A stretch of 59,664 bases of DNA, filler included, from Gonapodya sp. JEL0774 (lineage: Eukaryota): assembly GCA_027604505.1 (NCBI GenBank). It is 10 parts of 10 records of this genome, joined end to end, with 100 filler letters (N's around TTAATTAATTAA, not from the genome) between each part and the next. Parts side by side here need not be neighbours in the genome. Positions count along the whole stretch, not along the records: positions 1 to 5,913 come from JADIIX010000651.1; positions 6,014 to 11,924 come from JADIIX010000652.1; 8 more parts are not named here. One strand, 5' to 3'. The notes under the pieces are model-generated. The model did not search any database. It had not been told where the DNA came from and was given only the letters and a program-made list of their open reading frames with translations. The position numbers and the translations under genes are program-made. Every line of letters begins with the position of its first letter. Positions within the stretch are counted from its first letter, which is position 1. This document shows positions 1 through 12,024 of the stretch, one piece after another.

Positions 1-1648
1 CGCTTCAGGAACCCGAATCCCCAGCTTTTGGACTTTGATCTCGTCGGGTGCTTCTTCCCACCACCACTCTGCGACGAGCTCGATACGTAAGAGTCTCCCC
101 TCGCGAGGCGCGCTCCTGACGCTTCCCCGTTTCGCTGGGTGTACGGGTTCTCGAAATGAGAGGAATCACCTGTGGGTTGCCGAGTCGCCGATCGCCCCTC
201 CCGCTGACTCCCCGCTTCTGCGTAAGGTCGGTGGTCAGTGTAGTCCGTTGTCCCGATGGAGACGCCTGAGGCCATGGTGTTGAGGTGCGGCTCTGAGCTG
301 CGATGCATCCCGATTTTGGACCCGTTGGTACGGCCTCGGGTTCGTTGGGCCATTTCCTGCTCCATTTGCTCTTTTTCGTCCAGCAAATAGTTGTTTTCTC
401 GCTCCAGATCCGATACGCGAGCGATGAGGACGGCTTGAGCTTCACGCAGTTCGTCCACCTTCTTCTGAAGCTCGACGTTGGCAAGGACCTGCTGCGCCAG
501 GGCCTCCGATTGACGGAGGGCCATAGATTTTGCAGCCGCGCCCATTTTTGGGGTTGGGAGGCCAGCAGCAGAAAATGCCGTGTTGGCGGAGGATGTTGTC
601 TTTGCCCCATCAGATGCGTGGGAGACACGCATGTTGGGGTCCACAGAGGTGGCTCGAGATGCCGACATCATGGAGCGAGTTCCATCATCAATCGAAGAGC
701 CGTCTTGGTCGCTGGAGACTGAACGACCTCGCATAGGATCCCAAGTCCCAGATTTGAGCGCTTCCTGGTGCGTACGGACGAGCTTTTCCACCTCGGGCAG
801 GTTCCACTTGCGGGCTTCGTCCGTGATCTTTGTGAGCTCCTTGGAATTTGGGCTGTCTGAAGCCTGAACCACGGAAAGGATGCGGGTGTTGGTGAGCACG
901 AGAACTCGATCGAGTTTGAGGATCATGGCGAGGTGGTGGAGACCGAGAGTTTCGTCCCACTTCTTTGAAGTCGGAATGTGTTCAATAAGCTCGTCTGTGG
1001 TTTGGTACAGCCACCTGTTTGAGTGTTGTCAGAAAGGGGAATTGGAAGTCAGGCAAGAGCTGCCAGTTTCTCACCATAGAAGTTGTCCCAACATGACGAA
1101 GAGCTTCGGATGAGCCGGCACCGTTGGAAACTCATAAATAGGCACACCCTTGCTATTTTTTTCTACAGGGTCGGTGGAGAAGAGGTCGCGGAAGAATGGT
1201 GACCGATTCGACAGGATTATCCGGTGGAGTGGCAGAAGTTTCGTCTGACGGAGACAAGAACCCAAAGGGTTGTCAGAGAGGGTTCATGGAACCACGTCAA
1301 AAATGCGAATGAGCCAGCAGTGTCCATGAGAGGGGATTATAATGACCAAACGACAGAGAAACAGAAGAGGCTCGACCAGTCAGTGACCCTTTCTACACCA
1401 AAACGCTTCAATAGCCCGAGCAGACGAACCTTTCCCTCAACAGTCCTTATCTTCAGCACGACATCTGCAAACTGAGCTGATCGCAAATACGAAAGGAAAT
1501 CCGACCACTCGTCGCTCGAAGCGGAACTTTCGTCCACCCGCGGGGCGTCGCCCATCGAGCGCGTTCGTGAATGCATGGCCGCTACTGCGTGGCGTGAGGG
1601 GATCCCAGGGCTGTGGTGGGGATTTCCGCTTGTTTTTGGCACTCCCAA
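1..1648 (-). CDS. BTB/POZ-domain protein with coiled coil, multi-exon, 3' truncated at window edge
   Basis: Exons give AQFADVVLKIRTVEGK / LLPLHRIILSNRSPFFRDLF / WLYQ (BTB signature D-V-x-L...H+xIL..RS.FF). A long open exon follows (~1016 to 1) with a coiled coil (ELQKKVDELREAQAVLIARVSDLERENN). Confidence 0.75.
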
Positions 1649-2327
1649 TGATCTCCGGATTTAGTGCGGCGGGAAGGAGCCATTACGGAATGGCGGACCT
1701 GCTGTGGCCCCCGTCCCCTCTGCCGTTAAAACTTTTGGCTCTTCCACGCCACGCCCGCTTTGTGCATTTTGGGAGCCGATTCTTGCTTCCCCAAGGCCGG
1801 AAGAAAGCATCTTCGCGACTATGAATGTGTTCGGCAATTGTATGTAATTTGGAGTCCGTGTTGATTATGGCAGGTGGGTGCGGTGGGGAATCAGGCAGGC
1901 TTCGGGTTGCAATCAGTTTCGCACCTCCTTCATATTTCCAAATTGTCATACTCATTGCGGAGCTTGTGGATATCATGTGGTGTGTCGCCACAGGGAGGAT
2001 GTGCACATCAATTATACGCCTGTATATGGTGTTTCAGCCGCATCACAGCTCCCGCCACGACGGCCCTCAAGCAGTCTCGCAACCTGAAAGCACAGTGGTG
2101 ATTGCGATCCACCAAGTGAACACTCTGCAAACAAACTGGTGTTTACATACATATAATACCTGCTTCACTCGGTTGCAAGCGTGTCGCAATGGCGTAAAAT
2201 GTATCTTTCTTCAAGCTTGCAGATTTATCACGGTAGTATGACTGCAAGTTCTCCATCGTTCCAGCATACGTGATGTCGAATGTTCAGGTGAAGAGCTGAG
2301 CTCCATCAACGCAACTTGATTCAACCT

Positions 2328-3434
2328 ATGGAGTCTACCGACAGTGAAAATTCGTCCGATTTCCCATCAACGCGTTCCTCATCCAAGACAACCCTTCGGC
2401 AGCCGTCTGACGGCGTGAGGATCGATGCAGACTTGACAAAACGTCTCGCGGAACGAATTCAGAATTACAAGTACACAGACAAGGAGAAGCGAGCAATCAC
2501 GAATGCAAGCGCCCAAACTGCTCTTGGTGGAGCGTTTGGATTGGGTGGGGGCGTGTGGGCGAGCCGGGAAGTTGGTGAGTCAGTTCTAGAGAATGTCTCA
2601 TTCTGCAGGCTGCGTCGGATGTTCGGAAGAAGTCACGTATATCGATAGCATAGTCATCTAGACTATCGAGCCTCCTTTTGTGAGAGGAGATGGTCGCGTA
2701 TTCGACGGATTCATGTGGATTCTGCTCATTGGTGTTACTTTTGCCATGAAATCCTCCAGCACGGCGGCGACCACAACTCCAAGGCTCTATGAAGTATCTG
2801 GTCCAAACAGGTATGTTCTTTGCTGCCGACGTGTCTTTTCACACGACCTGACTGCCTTGTTACCGTCATTTGTCCTGTTTCGAAAGGTGTCATCGGGACC
2901 AGCGTCTACGCTGGCCTTCTTGTTGGGGGTCTTTTCGGCGTGATGACCTTGGCGAGTGGATTTCGAGACTCGGAGATGTTGAAAATGGTCAAGGAGTTGA
3001 TGTACGACCTTGCGTTCCTGTTTACTGCACTGCTCGCCCCTCACTTCATCAACACCCCGCTCTCTATACCTTGAAGTGAAGAAGAGCGTAAACGCCGAAT
3101 GGGAGGAGGGTCAGCCCCCCGGGTTGAAGTGGGAGAAGTGTCTTGGCCTTCACAATCTGACGCCCACAGCACTGTCGGAACGCCGTCTGTAGACCGTAAT
3201 CCCACTCCACCTTGGCTGCGAGCGGGAGCGACCCGAGCATCCCCACTAGAAGGCGTACGCACGAATGGCAGTATGGACGATTTCGCTCCGACATCGCGAA
3301 TAGATGCGACCCAACCCACCATGAACGACTTCCCTCGTTCTACGGATGATTTTATGGGAGGAGGTAGCAGCACCCAGCCTACGAGTGGTAAAAGGCAGAG
3401 AATTAATCAGTATGGGGATGTGGTAGAAGAGTAG
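2328..3434 (+). CDS. Multi-exon membrane protein with OCIA-like C-terminal NxYGD motif
   Basis: Gly-rich hydrophobic segments (ALGGAFGLGGG; VYAGLLVGGLFGVMTL), GT-AG introns, and terminal KRQRINQYGDVVEE*. Confidence 0.55.
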
Positions 3435-3646
3435 GTTCTCATAGCTAAAGCAGTTTAGAAGGCATCATCATTGTGACGTGGGACATCACGCTCCCAATGG
3501 TTCTGGTGGAGAGGCCAAATTCAACTCCGCCGATCAGTTGTAATTTTATGTCATACAATTTTGAAAGCCTTTTAGACCAGTGTGGGAGGTCGCGTACTTG
3601 GGAGCATGACATCATTTTACCGAACCCGCGTCAAAGATTCCAACCG

Positions 3647-5164
3647 ATGCCACGGGAGCGATTGACCGAGCTACAAACGCAAGTCAGTGCAAATTTTTAC
3701 TTTATCACAGTGAATCCCACTCCTGTCTTAAGTTCTGTTCCTGGTGATCAAGGCGTTAAGTCCGGTTACCGCTGGACAGCCTTCTGCTTCTCCTGTAACG
3801 CATTCCCCTGGTCCATCGCCTCGACAAAGTTTCTCGAACTTTTTCCTCAGCCCCCGCGCTTCTGTGCAGCGGACAGTATACGCTGGTACAAGTGATACCA
3901 CGCTCAATACCAGTTCCAGCCCATCGACGCCAAGTGGGAAGAGCTCTTGGTACTTCAGTGGGAGAGGCACAAACAAAGGCGAGCCAAACAATCAAAATTG
4001 TGCTCCTGTGTGGCAGGGGCAAATTAGAAAGTTTCTGGTAACTGTGAGTATGGGTTGTTGATGACCGTGCTGTACTATGACAACTTCACCATTTTCTCGC
4101 TCTGCTCGTGTTCTAGATTGATATCTTACGTCGAAAAGTCTCCATGATAACGGAGAATGTTGATCGGATAGAAAGTGAGTGTGATCTACGAAGCTTTGAT
4201 TTTGTCGAGACCTCAACACCTCCTTCATTCCGCACGAGTAGATATACACCAAAATATTTTTGCTTCGGTGGACACAGCTTCGCCATCGTATTATCGTATG
4301 TGCAGAAAGATTTGCAGATAGCGTAATAGTTCTTGGCAATACTTTGGTTTACAGAACTTCACGTGATGCTTTCAAATCTGACGTCCCAAACAAATGATCT
4401 CGCACAAATTGTTAGGAGTGCCCTCAAAGTACTCGATAGTGAGACAAAGGAGCTGAAAGCAGTAAGAGGACTTTCTCGATGCACTTCTGGGACGTGATTG
4501 AGAACGGTGTGAACTGCATATTGGCGCGTTGGGTACTTTAACCCAACTCAGGGAGGCCACGATATCCGCTTCCGAGCGAATTTACACGCTCAACTATCTC
4601 GCGAATTTGCTACTGTCCTTCAAAAGTATCGCGATACTGAAGAGCGGTACCGTGGGCTCTATCGGGCAAGGATTGCTCGACAAATTCGTGTGGTGAACGC
4701 GTCAGCAAGTGACGAGGATGTTGAGAGAATGGTTGATACAGGAGGACCAGTTTTCGAGCAAGGGCTGAGTGGGAAAAGCCTTCTGGAGGTGAAAGCTGCT
4801 TATGATGATGCGGTGGGGAGGATGGAGGATCTGATGAAGTTGGAAAGCACAGTGCAGGTTCGCAACCAAACTATTCTGAGCGGAAGTCCATTGCTCTCCT
4901 TGACGTTTGCTTGCTCCATAGGAACTGTTTGTAATATTCACGGATCTTGTGGAACTGATTGACTCCCAAGACGCCCTCGTTCAAGACATCGCAGTTAATA
5001 TCGAAATCGGTGCACCAGGTATTGAAGAAGCTAATTTGGAGCTTCAAAAAGGCTCAAAACATGCGCTTACTGCGAGGAGAATGAAAATTGCAATAGGTAT
5101 ATGTTGCTTGATCCTAGTCATTGTGTTGGTGATAGTTTTAGTGGTCACTTTAGCACCGCGCTAG
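3647..5164 (+). CDS. Syntaxin (Qa t-SNARE, Sso1/STX1-like), multi-exon
   Basis: N-peptide MPRERLTELQ; ARQIRVVNASASDEDVERMV; SNARE motif LMKLESTVQELFVIFTDLVELIDSQDALVQDIAVNIE; C-terminal TM ARRMKIAIGICCLILVIVLVIVLVV. Confidence 0.88.
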
Positions 5165-5913
5165 GTGACAGAGCACATCATCTCTATACAAGTTTCGTAC
5201 GCGTGTATGCTCACTCTGCGATTGCCTTTGATGGAGTCTCTCCCGATGGTGCATGGACATAAGCGCTATTCCGAACACCATTTTTCCATATGTAACAACG
5301 GTTTTAAAGCTGTGTTTCCGACACTCCAGACTTCACTATAGCTAGTACTTATCTCTGCGCAGAATAGTTCATTGGGAGCACTTATACGTGTATGTCCTTG
5401 ATGAACGAGACCGGATATGTTCTTCAGATCCAGAAATTCCCAATATCGGAAACCCAAATGCAAATCAAAAGAGATAGAGTGAAGGCTCAAGTTTGGTACA
5501 GATGGTCTCAGGCGGAAATTTTGATCTGTACGTACCTTCGCCAGAAACGCCGCGTCCACATCCACATCGCACGCCTTGACCAGGACAACTTGCCCACTGA
5601 TTCACTTGCCCCCAGCTCCGATGGCCGACGGGCTTCCACTCTCTGCATCACCCATGAACATATCGACGCTCAGAGACCCCATGATACTCGCTGACGCCAT
5701 CCAGGTTGATGCAGTTGATTCCAATCACTCGGAGCCGGATCCCACCCATGATTCGCCATCAGTCGCTGATTCGGCAGTCCCCGAAACTGCTGCTGCAGCT
5801 CTATCCGCATCACCTCTCGCCCGCCATCTTCCGAATTCGCTCAATGAATCCCTCGGTGGGTTGGAGTCTTCCCGACCAAGCACCGTCTCCAGCCCGAAAG
5901 CTCGGAAAGAATC

Positions 5914-6013
5914 NNNNNNNNNNNNNNNNNNNNNNNNNNNNNNNNNNNNNNNNNNNNTTAATTAATTAANNNNNNNNNNNNNNNNNNNNNNNNNNNNNNN
6001 NNNNNNNNNNNNN
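5914..6013. other. Artificial contig spacer (N44-TTAATTAATTAA-N44)
   Basis: 100-bp linker with stops in all six frames. Confidence 0.99.
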
Positions 6014-6199
6014 GAGGCAGTGCTAAATGGGGGAAGACACTCCAGTCACAACAAACCCTCATGCCAACTACCTGACGGTGGAAGTGGTGGTCAGTGTGAC
6101 AATCAAGTTATTTATTATCCACTTGGGGTCATCCCTTTCATAGGCTTGCACCAATTGGAAGAATAATGCGGATCACTGCTGCAGGCACTGGTTGTACAT

Positions 6200-7400
6200 T
6201 TATGAACGCTGACCTGAACACCTAACATATACAATAAACATAGCTCGCTCATCTGAGTCCTTGTGCATGGCCCAACTTAAATGGCCAGCAGCCTTGCTCT
6301 TCTCCTTGCTGGCAATACCAACATTAGAAAGGTCATCGTAGGAATATATCTCAAAGTCTTTGGTAATAAAGCGTGCTGTCCAGTGAGCCCCAGTTCCATA
6401 AATGATTGAAAGAAGCTGGTATGGAGTTTGAACAGTTTCTCCACCAGGCTGCATGGTGGGTAGTCTTATCATCATTGGGATGAATGGTTAAATCCAAGCT
6501 CTTGAAGATCTCTCTTTAATATCAATAACACCTGGTGGTAAATGTGGTGGTAAATTTGGTGCCTTCACTTGAGGTGCATCAATGTCTAAAGCAAACAAGA
6601 GGGGTGTTGTCTTATAGTTGCAAAGGGCGACAACAAAATCTGTTGAGTTGCAGATGGGGCACATTGGAGTTCCATGATTTGGTTTCCCTGGTGCAATACT
6701 CAGGGAATACTAATCTTCAAGTTTGATGCATTTATCAACACGTTTTGTGCTCTTTGCTGCCCTGTTTGAAGACAAAAAGACATGGGACTGGGTTCTCTGT
6801 TTTACCATGTTTTTATCAACAATCATTTCATGCTCAGAGCACCTGCATGATGGGATAAGCTTCATGGTGACTGGTCTGTTTCCATAAAGCAAGTTTGATT
6901 GCGACTCACCAATAATAATCTTCAGTCTGCATCATCAAGGATGCGCTGTCCTGGTCATATGAAATTCCATCATATGTCTTCCCAACCAATGCAGACCACA
7001 AATTGTCTGCATCCATAGTTTTGGTTTATGCTACTGTTGTCTCTTCTCATGAAAATTGACTACGCAAACTCACCAATTGCTGTCATTTTGTGTGCAGTCA
7101 AAGGAATTCCTTGGTAACCTTTCCCAAACAAGAGTGTCAATGCTTTGTGCTTCAACAGAGCTAAATCTGCAAGACTGGCATCCACAGGAAGTGGATGCAT
7201 CAGATTCAAGAGGTCATTAATCCATGTGTTTCTCCCTTGAAGCTCCAATTTCTGCTGCTCACATAGACCCTGTTTTTTTGCCAGGAACCAAATCAGACCC
7301 ATCACTTTATCAGGGCCACAAGAGTTTGCCCATTGTTCTCCACCAACTATAGAGGAGCCATAATAAAAAAGCTGGAAAGAGTGGGGTTTCGAAACAGCGG
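6200..7400 (-). pseudogene. USP-like (papain-fold) cysteine protease domain, copy 1, with in-frame stops
   Basis: Spliced reading gives Cys box WANSCGPD (Cys 7318-7320), Zn-ribbon CSEH...CPIC, TPLLFALDI, and His box YQLLSIIYGTGAHWTARF...YSYDD (His 6383-6385). Premature TAG at 6710-6712 and TAA at 6488-6490. Confidence 0.7.
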
Positions 7401-7609
7401 GATTGCTTTTGTGCAGTAAATTGGGTTTTCTGTCAAATGAAGATATCTTCCTATCTCGAATCGGTACATTTTGTTAATTTTAGTTTGGAGAGCTTTTGAA
7501 TCTGTTCATACCTTTTTGGGAGTACTTGTATCATCAGGCATAATGTCTGTTTGGCTGCTAAACTCAGCACAAAGGTAAGAACAATTGCTGTAGAAGAACA
7601 TGTCAAGGG

Positions 7610-8720
7610 TCAAGGAGGGTACCTGTCATCCACTAAGACATAAACTGCAAATGCTGGCTGATAGCCAAGCTTAGAATGCGACCGTTCTTCTTCTTCAAGG
7701 ACCCTTCCAACAGGCATAGCATGTCCTGTTTCCATGGCACCATCATACTTGTATGCCTTTAAGTCATGGGTCAAGAATTTTGCTGTCCAGTAGTAACCAT
7801 TTCCAAAAAATACTGCATGTAGACAGTACTCTCTCTCTACTTCTGTACCATTGTCATAAACCAGAAAAGTCACTCCAGTGTGAATAATAGGCTTAGTTAT
7901 AACATTTGTGGTTGTGCTTGGTCCATACCACCAGCGCTGCCTGTCTCATCTCGCTTCAATTGCTTCCTTTTATCACGTTTCATCATTTCAGTCTTTATGA
8001 TGTCTTCAAGATTGACTGTCTGCGCGTGGTAAACGCGGTGGTGGTGATAGTATGGGAGGGTTCCCGAAACGGCATCCCGCTTGAGGTTGCCGGCGCCGTC
8101 ACCCAAAAGAAACTCGAGAGTGAGCCGCGAGACGCTGACATCAATGCCAGAATATGGCGGTGTCTTGCAGCTGCTTGCAGTGCGAGCTATATGATGACAT
8201 TCAAAGAACAGAACAAAATGAACACACATCCATGTCGTTTTTGTTCACCCATTCGCCTGCACGCACTCCTCGTTTGCACAGTACAGCTGAGCCGCCCGCG
8301 AGATTTTGGGATCCATTTTCCTGTTGCAATTTGCGCAGAAAGCAACGAACTGTTGATGGATGTGAGCATCGTCTTCTGTCTGGCTATGCTTTCTGGTATT
8401 GGTCAATGTTGGATTGCTCATGAGAGAAAATGTCTGTCGAATCGATAATAATATAATATGTGGGTGATTGGATTATTTTCGAGTGTAGGGTTGAAAACGG
8501 AGGCAAAAACGCCTATGTGCAGAGAGTCGCAGTGTCCGCACATAGGCAGTGCGGCTCCCTGCACATAGGAGGGCTGCCCGCACCTAGGGCAACCACTGCA
8601 CCCAAAAAACTCTTCAAACTATTCCACAAGATTGCATATGTCTTCCAGACCCACGAGAGCATCACGAGGAAGAGGAAATGGTTGCGGAAGGGGAAGAGGG
8701 AATGGAATCGTGGAAGCAGC
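7610..8720 (-). pseudogene. USP-like protease domain, copy 2, degenerate
   Basis: YCLHAVFFGNGYYWTAKF...YKYDG parallels the copy 1 His box with His->Tyr (TAC 7790-7792). Cys clusters CANC and CANEEC. In-frame stops at 7897-7899, 8245-8247 and 8619-8621. Confidence 0.55.
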
Positions 8721-9586
8721 ATCACAGCCTGCTCCTCCTCCTCAAGAACTCTCCCAGGAGCTCATCCGCGAAGCGCCAAGAATTTTGTCCGCTGCGATCA
8801 CCTCAATCTTGTGGGATTACAAATTGAATTATGGGGAATCGGAGCCCAATAGGGCAGCAAGGTCGGGAATACTGTCTGGCGACTGTGGCACACTCCAATA
8901 ATGTTTGTGGCGGGTTAATAAATGTTCTCCCCTATGAAATTGGCTGAGAGAGACAATGAGGTACCAGCGACGGAAATAAGTAGCCGTCACACTACTAGTG
9001 GATCCAAGTTCAAAGGTGGTTCGGACTTAACCCTATCTGTCTTCCAGAGGCGATGGATTCGGCGCTGTTTCTTACGCGAGAGCAGGATATACCTAACCTC
9101 ACGCTGATGCAACCTAACAATCTAATACTCACGTGAACTCCTAACACAAAGATCTGCCCGATGGCTTGAAAGAAATGCTGGTCAATCAGTTAATTTTGCG
9201 CTGAGTCGCGGAGGAGATCAATGCTTGCCCAAGTGACAGGTCTGGGATCGGGGAGCGAAGAAGGTACGTTCCACCTGGCGAGCTTTGCTTCGAACACAGG
9301 GACGATCTCAAATTTATAGCTCAGATGCCGTCGCGGCATGTAATGAGTCAAATGCAGTTTCTATCTATCCTAAGGTTTACATCATGTTTCGCGTTGCGTT
9401 TATAGTCTAAAGCGGTGGCGCAGGTGCTGTGCAGAGCTGCGCACTTAGGGCAACCACTGCACCCAGAAAAGTCCGGTTCACACTCTTTGTGAAAAAGAAG
9501 AAAAGATGGTTGAGAAAGATAACACTCAAAGACTTCATGAAGTGTCTGCCCGCAGACTCCCCAACTTGCTTAAAGTGTCCAGCACT

Positions 9587-10480
9587 TCACTCCCTAACTT
9601 CCATCTCCTTGTCTTCGTTGTTCTCCTTGACAACTGCTTCCTCCATGTCCCTCTGCTCGTCCTTCTGCTTCTGCTCATTCCTCCTTTTCTCCTCCGCAGA
9701 CGCAACCTGCAGCTGAATCTCCAGAGCTGCTTGCCCAATGACTTGGCGTGGTATGTGTGAATTCGCCACAATGAGTGCAGCGTGACGGTGGGTGGCCCCA
9801 GTAGTGAGAGCCGAGAATGTATCGACGCCGGCGACAAGAGAGGGTCGGACAAAGTGCCCGGTGCCGTCAATTGCAATGAGATGGGGAAGGCCTTGATATG
9901 ATGGCTGAGTGATTCCATCCTCCAGATTGACTGGGCTTGAAGGAGTAGGAGAAGTCGGAGATTCGCCCTCGAGGAAAGCGGTGAAGTTAGCCGAAATCTC
10001 TGACGGAGTGATAGGGGAAGAACCTGAGGTTTCTGGCTCCATTGAGATGGGCTCATGCTCAGCGAAAAGCTTGATAGAAGTCTGGATCCGGTCCAGAATC
10101 TCATCCGCGGTCTTGATGACGTTCAACTCGATGTCTTGTTTCTTCTTGAGTTCGGCGATCCTCTCTTCCAAATGCCATTTCATGCTCACTAGCTCGGCTA
10201 CCCTTTTGCTGGTTGTCTCGGATTCAGCTTGAATGCTGGCGAGGTAGGCTTCGGCGGACTCATGCTGAACTTGGAGCTCTACCAGACGAGATTCGATGTC
10301 TTCCTTGTTGGCGATCAATTCCACCAGCTGCAACTGGACGGAATCGAAAATTGCTTGGTGTGCCGTAATGCGGTTGCGTAGTTCGGTTTCTTGCTCGGTC
10401 AAGATTTGAATGATTTGGGTGTAATAGGTGGATTGTTCGTGCAGCTCGTGGAGGTGCCTGACCCCGGCGAGGTGGTTCTG
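9587..10480 (-). CDS. Coiled-coil-rich coding exon, probably part of the larger minus-strand gene or pseudogene on this contig
   Basis: 271-aa ORF with heptad-like ELIANKEDIESRLVELQVQHE...LEERIAELKKKQ. Confidence 0.55.
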   Translation of the reverse strand, partial: QNHLAGVRHLHELHEQSTYYTQIIQILTEQETELRNRITAHQAIFDSVQLQLVELIANKEDIESRLVELQVQHESAEAYLASIQAESETTSKRVAELVSMKWHLEERIAELKKKQDIELNVIKTADEILDRIQTSIKLFAEHEPISMEPETSGSSPITPSEISANFTAFLEGESPTSPTPSSPVNLEDGITQPSYQGLPHLIAIDGTGHFVRPSLVAGVDTFSALTTGATHRHAALIVANSHIPRQVIGQAALEIQLQVASAEEKRRNEQKQKDEQRDMEEAVVKENNEDKEMEVRE

Positions 10481-10948
10481 AAAGTTTATCTCATAGAAAT
10501 GAGCAAGATCACGAACGAGATTGTGCTATTGGTACGCACAAATTGAGAGTGTATGTTAATGAAATGGGAGTGGACGAATTTTGCATGAGCATTTGTGCAT
10601 TGCAAAACACAAACTCCCTCTTAAGTGATACTGACAAAGTCACGAGTGGACCTAGTGGACCTCTGCAACTGTCCTTGCGCGACAATTTCCTCCATGTCAG
10701 AGATTTCCGAAGAAGTGGACGATCCCGATGAGAGAGAGCCCTTGGTGTGGGTTTACCGATCAAAGAGTTTGATGCATGTTAGAAGTTGTTCACTGACCAA
10801 GAAGGAGACAAACGACCTCCTTTTGGTACTAACCAGAAGCATTCTGCGTGATTTGTTTTCGAAGTAGAGTTATTCCTTGTATAAGTTCCGATAAAGAGTG
10901 TCCAATCCAGATGTAGCTGAGTACCTCTATAAATGCGGGAGACAATCA

Positions 10949-11215
10949 TCAGGTCCCCGACAAAAGATCACTTCCCACGTCAGATCTGGTCTCAGGGCTG
11001 CATTGCCCGCAATGCCAAGCCGTGTTTGGTCTCTTCAGTAGTCTGACGCATGATAGATGATACCCCCGATCACATTTGCTGCAGAGTAGAAGCCTTGATG
11101 CACGACGGTGACAAGTTGTGCATTTCTTAATTGAATGTCGTAGTGAGATTACATTCATGGACCCGGATCCTGATTGAGCTACGTTCAACCCTTGAGATTC
11201 TAGCACTGGGACTGT
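10949..11215 (-). CDS. PHD finger exon
   Basis: CTTC-x9-CSKCDRGYHLSC-x10-WHCGQC is a C4HC3 PHD pattern. Confidence 0.8.
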   Translation of the reverse strand, partial: TVPVLESQGLNVAQSGSGSMNVISLRHSIKKCTTCHRRASRLLLCSKCDRGYHLSCVRLLKRPNTAWHCGQCSPETRSDVGSDLLSGT

Positions 11216-11217
11216 GG

Positions 11218-11420
11218 GGGCCTTAACCATGGTATGGTTATGCCAAATAACCACAAAAATACCACCCTGGGTATTCCCATGGTTATGCAGTGGTTAAGTA
11301 CAATTTTAACCACAGTTTTACCACCCTGGGTATCGGGGTGGTTATGTCAGCCCATAGTTTTTTTGTTTAACCACTGTTGCACCCTGGTTTTTCACCTTAA
11401 CCACAGTGCCTCCATGGTAT
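11218..11420. repeat. Cluster of short direct and inverted motifs (TAACCAC/GTGGTTA, ACCACCCTGGGTA), resembling transposon subterminal repeats
   Basis: TAACCA(C/T) and TGGTTA recur in both orientations; TACCACCCTGGGTAT occurs twice. Confidence 0.55.
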
Positions 11421-11924
11421 TTTGATAAAACCACTCCTATTATCTTTTCCCTTAATGACAGTCCTTCCATGTTATTTTCATTTAACCACTTGTGAGAATT
11501 TTTTTCAGGTGACTTAAATGCAAGGTTCACTTATGTGTTGGGTTATGGGTAATTGAAGAAAAATTGATATAGCACTCCTTGTAATGTATTTAACATATAA
11601 AACGTTTTAAGAACATTGGCAGTGGTCATGACAAATTGTTGTTAGAACCAAACATAGGAGCTGGGTACTCCAAGTCCACTCTAGGAGGAATCGTGATTCC
11701 AGGAGTGGTCAGTGGGTATTTCATGCTTGGAAATACATCCACATTTGTGCACACCAGACTAGCACCTAAATGCAATGGGCCCCTGTTAATTCCATCTGGT
11801 TTGAACTCCTCTCCAGCCATGTGCAGATTCAAAGACGCAAGCTCCAGATATTCAGCCCTGCCCTTTAAAGAAGACGGAACATTCAACCAAACACACTCAT
11901 TGAATGTTCGAAATCTCCGGTCAT

Positions 11925-12024
11925 NNNNNNNNNNNNNNNNNNNNNNNNNNNNNNNNNNNNNNNNNNNNTTAATTAATTAANNNNNNNNNNNNNNNNNNNN
12001 NNNNNNNNNNNNNNNNNNNNNNNN
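11925..12024. other. Artificial contig spacer
   Basis: N44-TTAATTAATTAA-N44. Confidence 0.99.

Noticed and set aside
7906..8448. 180-aa plus-strand ORF, and similar antisense ORFs over CHK1, EFM3, GRP94 and P4H
   Set aside because: Shadow ORFs opposite better-supported coding sequence, with no motifs.
6200..8720. In-frame TAA/TAG at Gln-like positions suggesting stop-codon reassignment
   Set aside because: TGA also interrupts the frame, and conserved genes here (syntaxin, DDP1, glyoxalase) end at TAG. Pseudogenisation is the simpler explanation.
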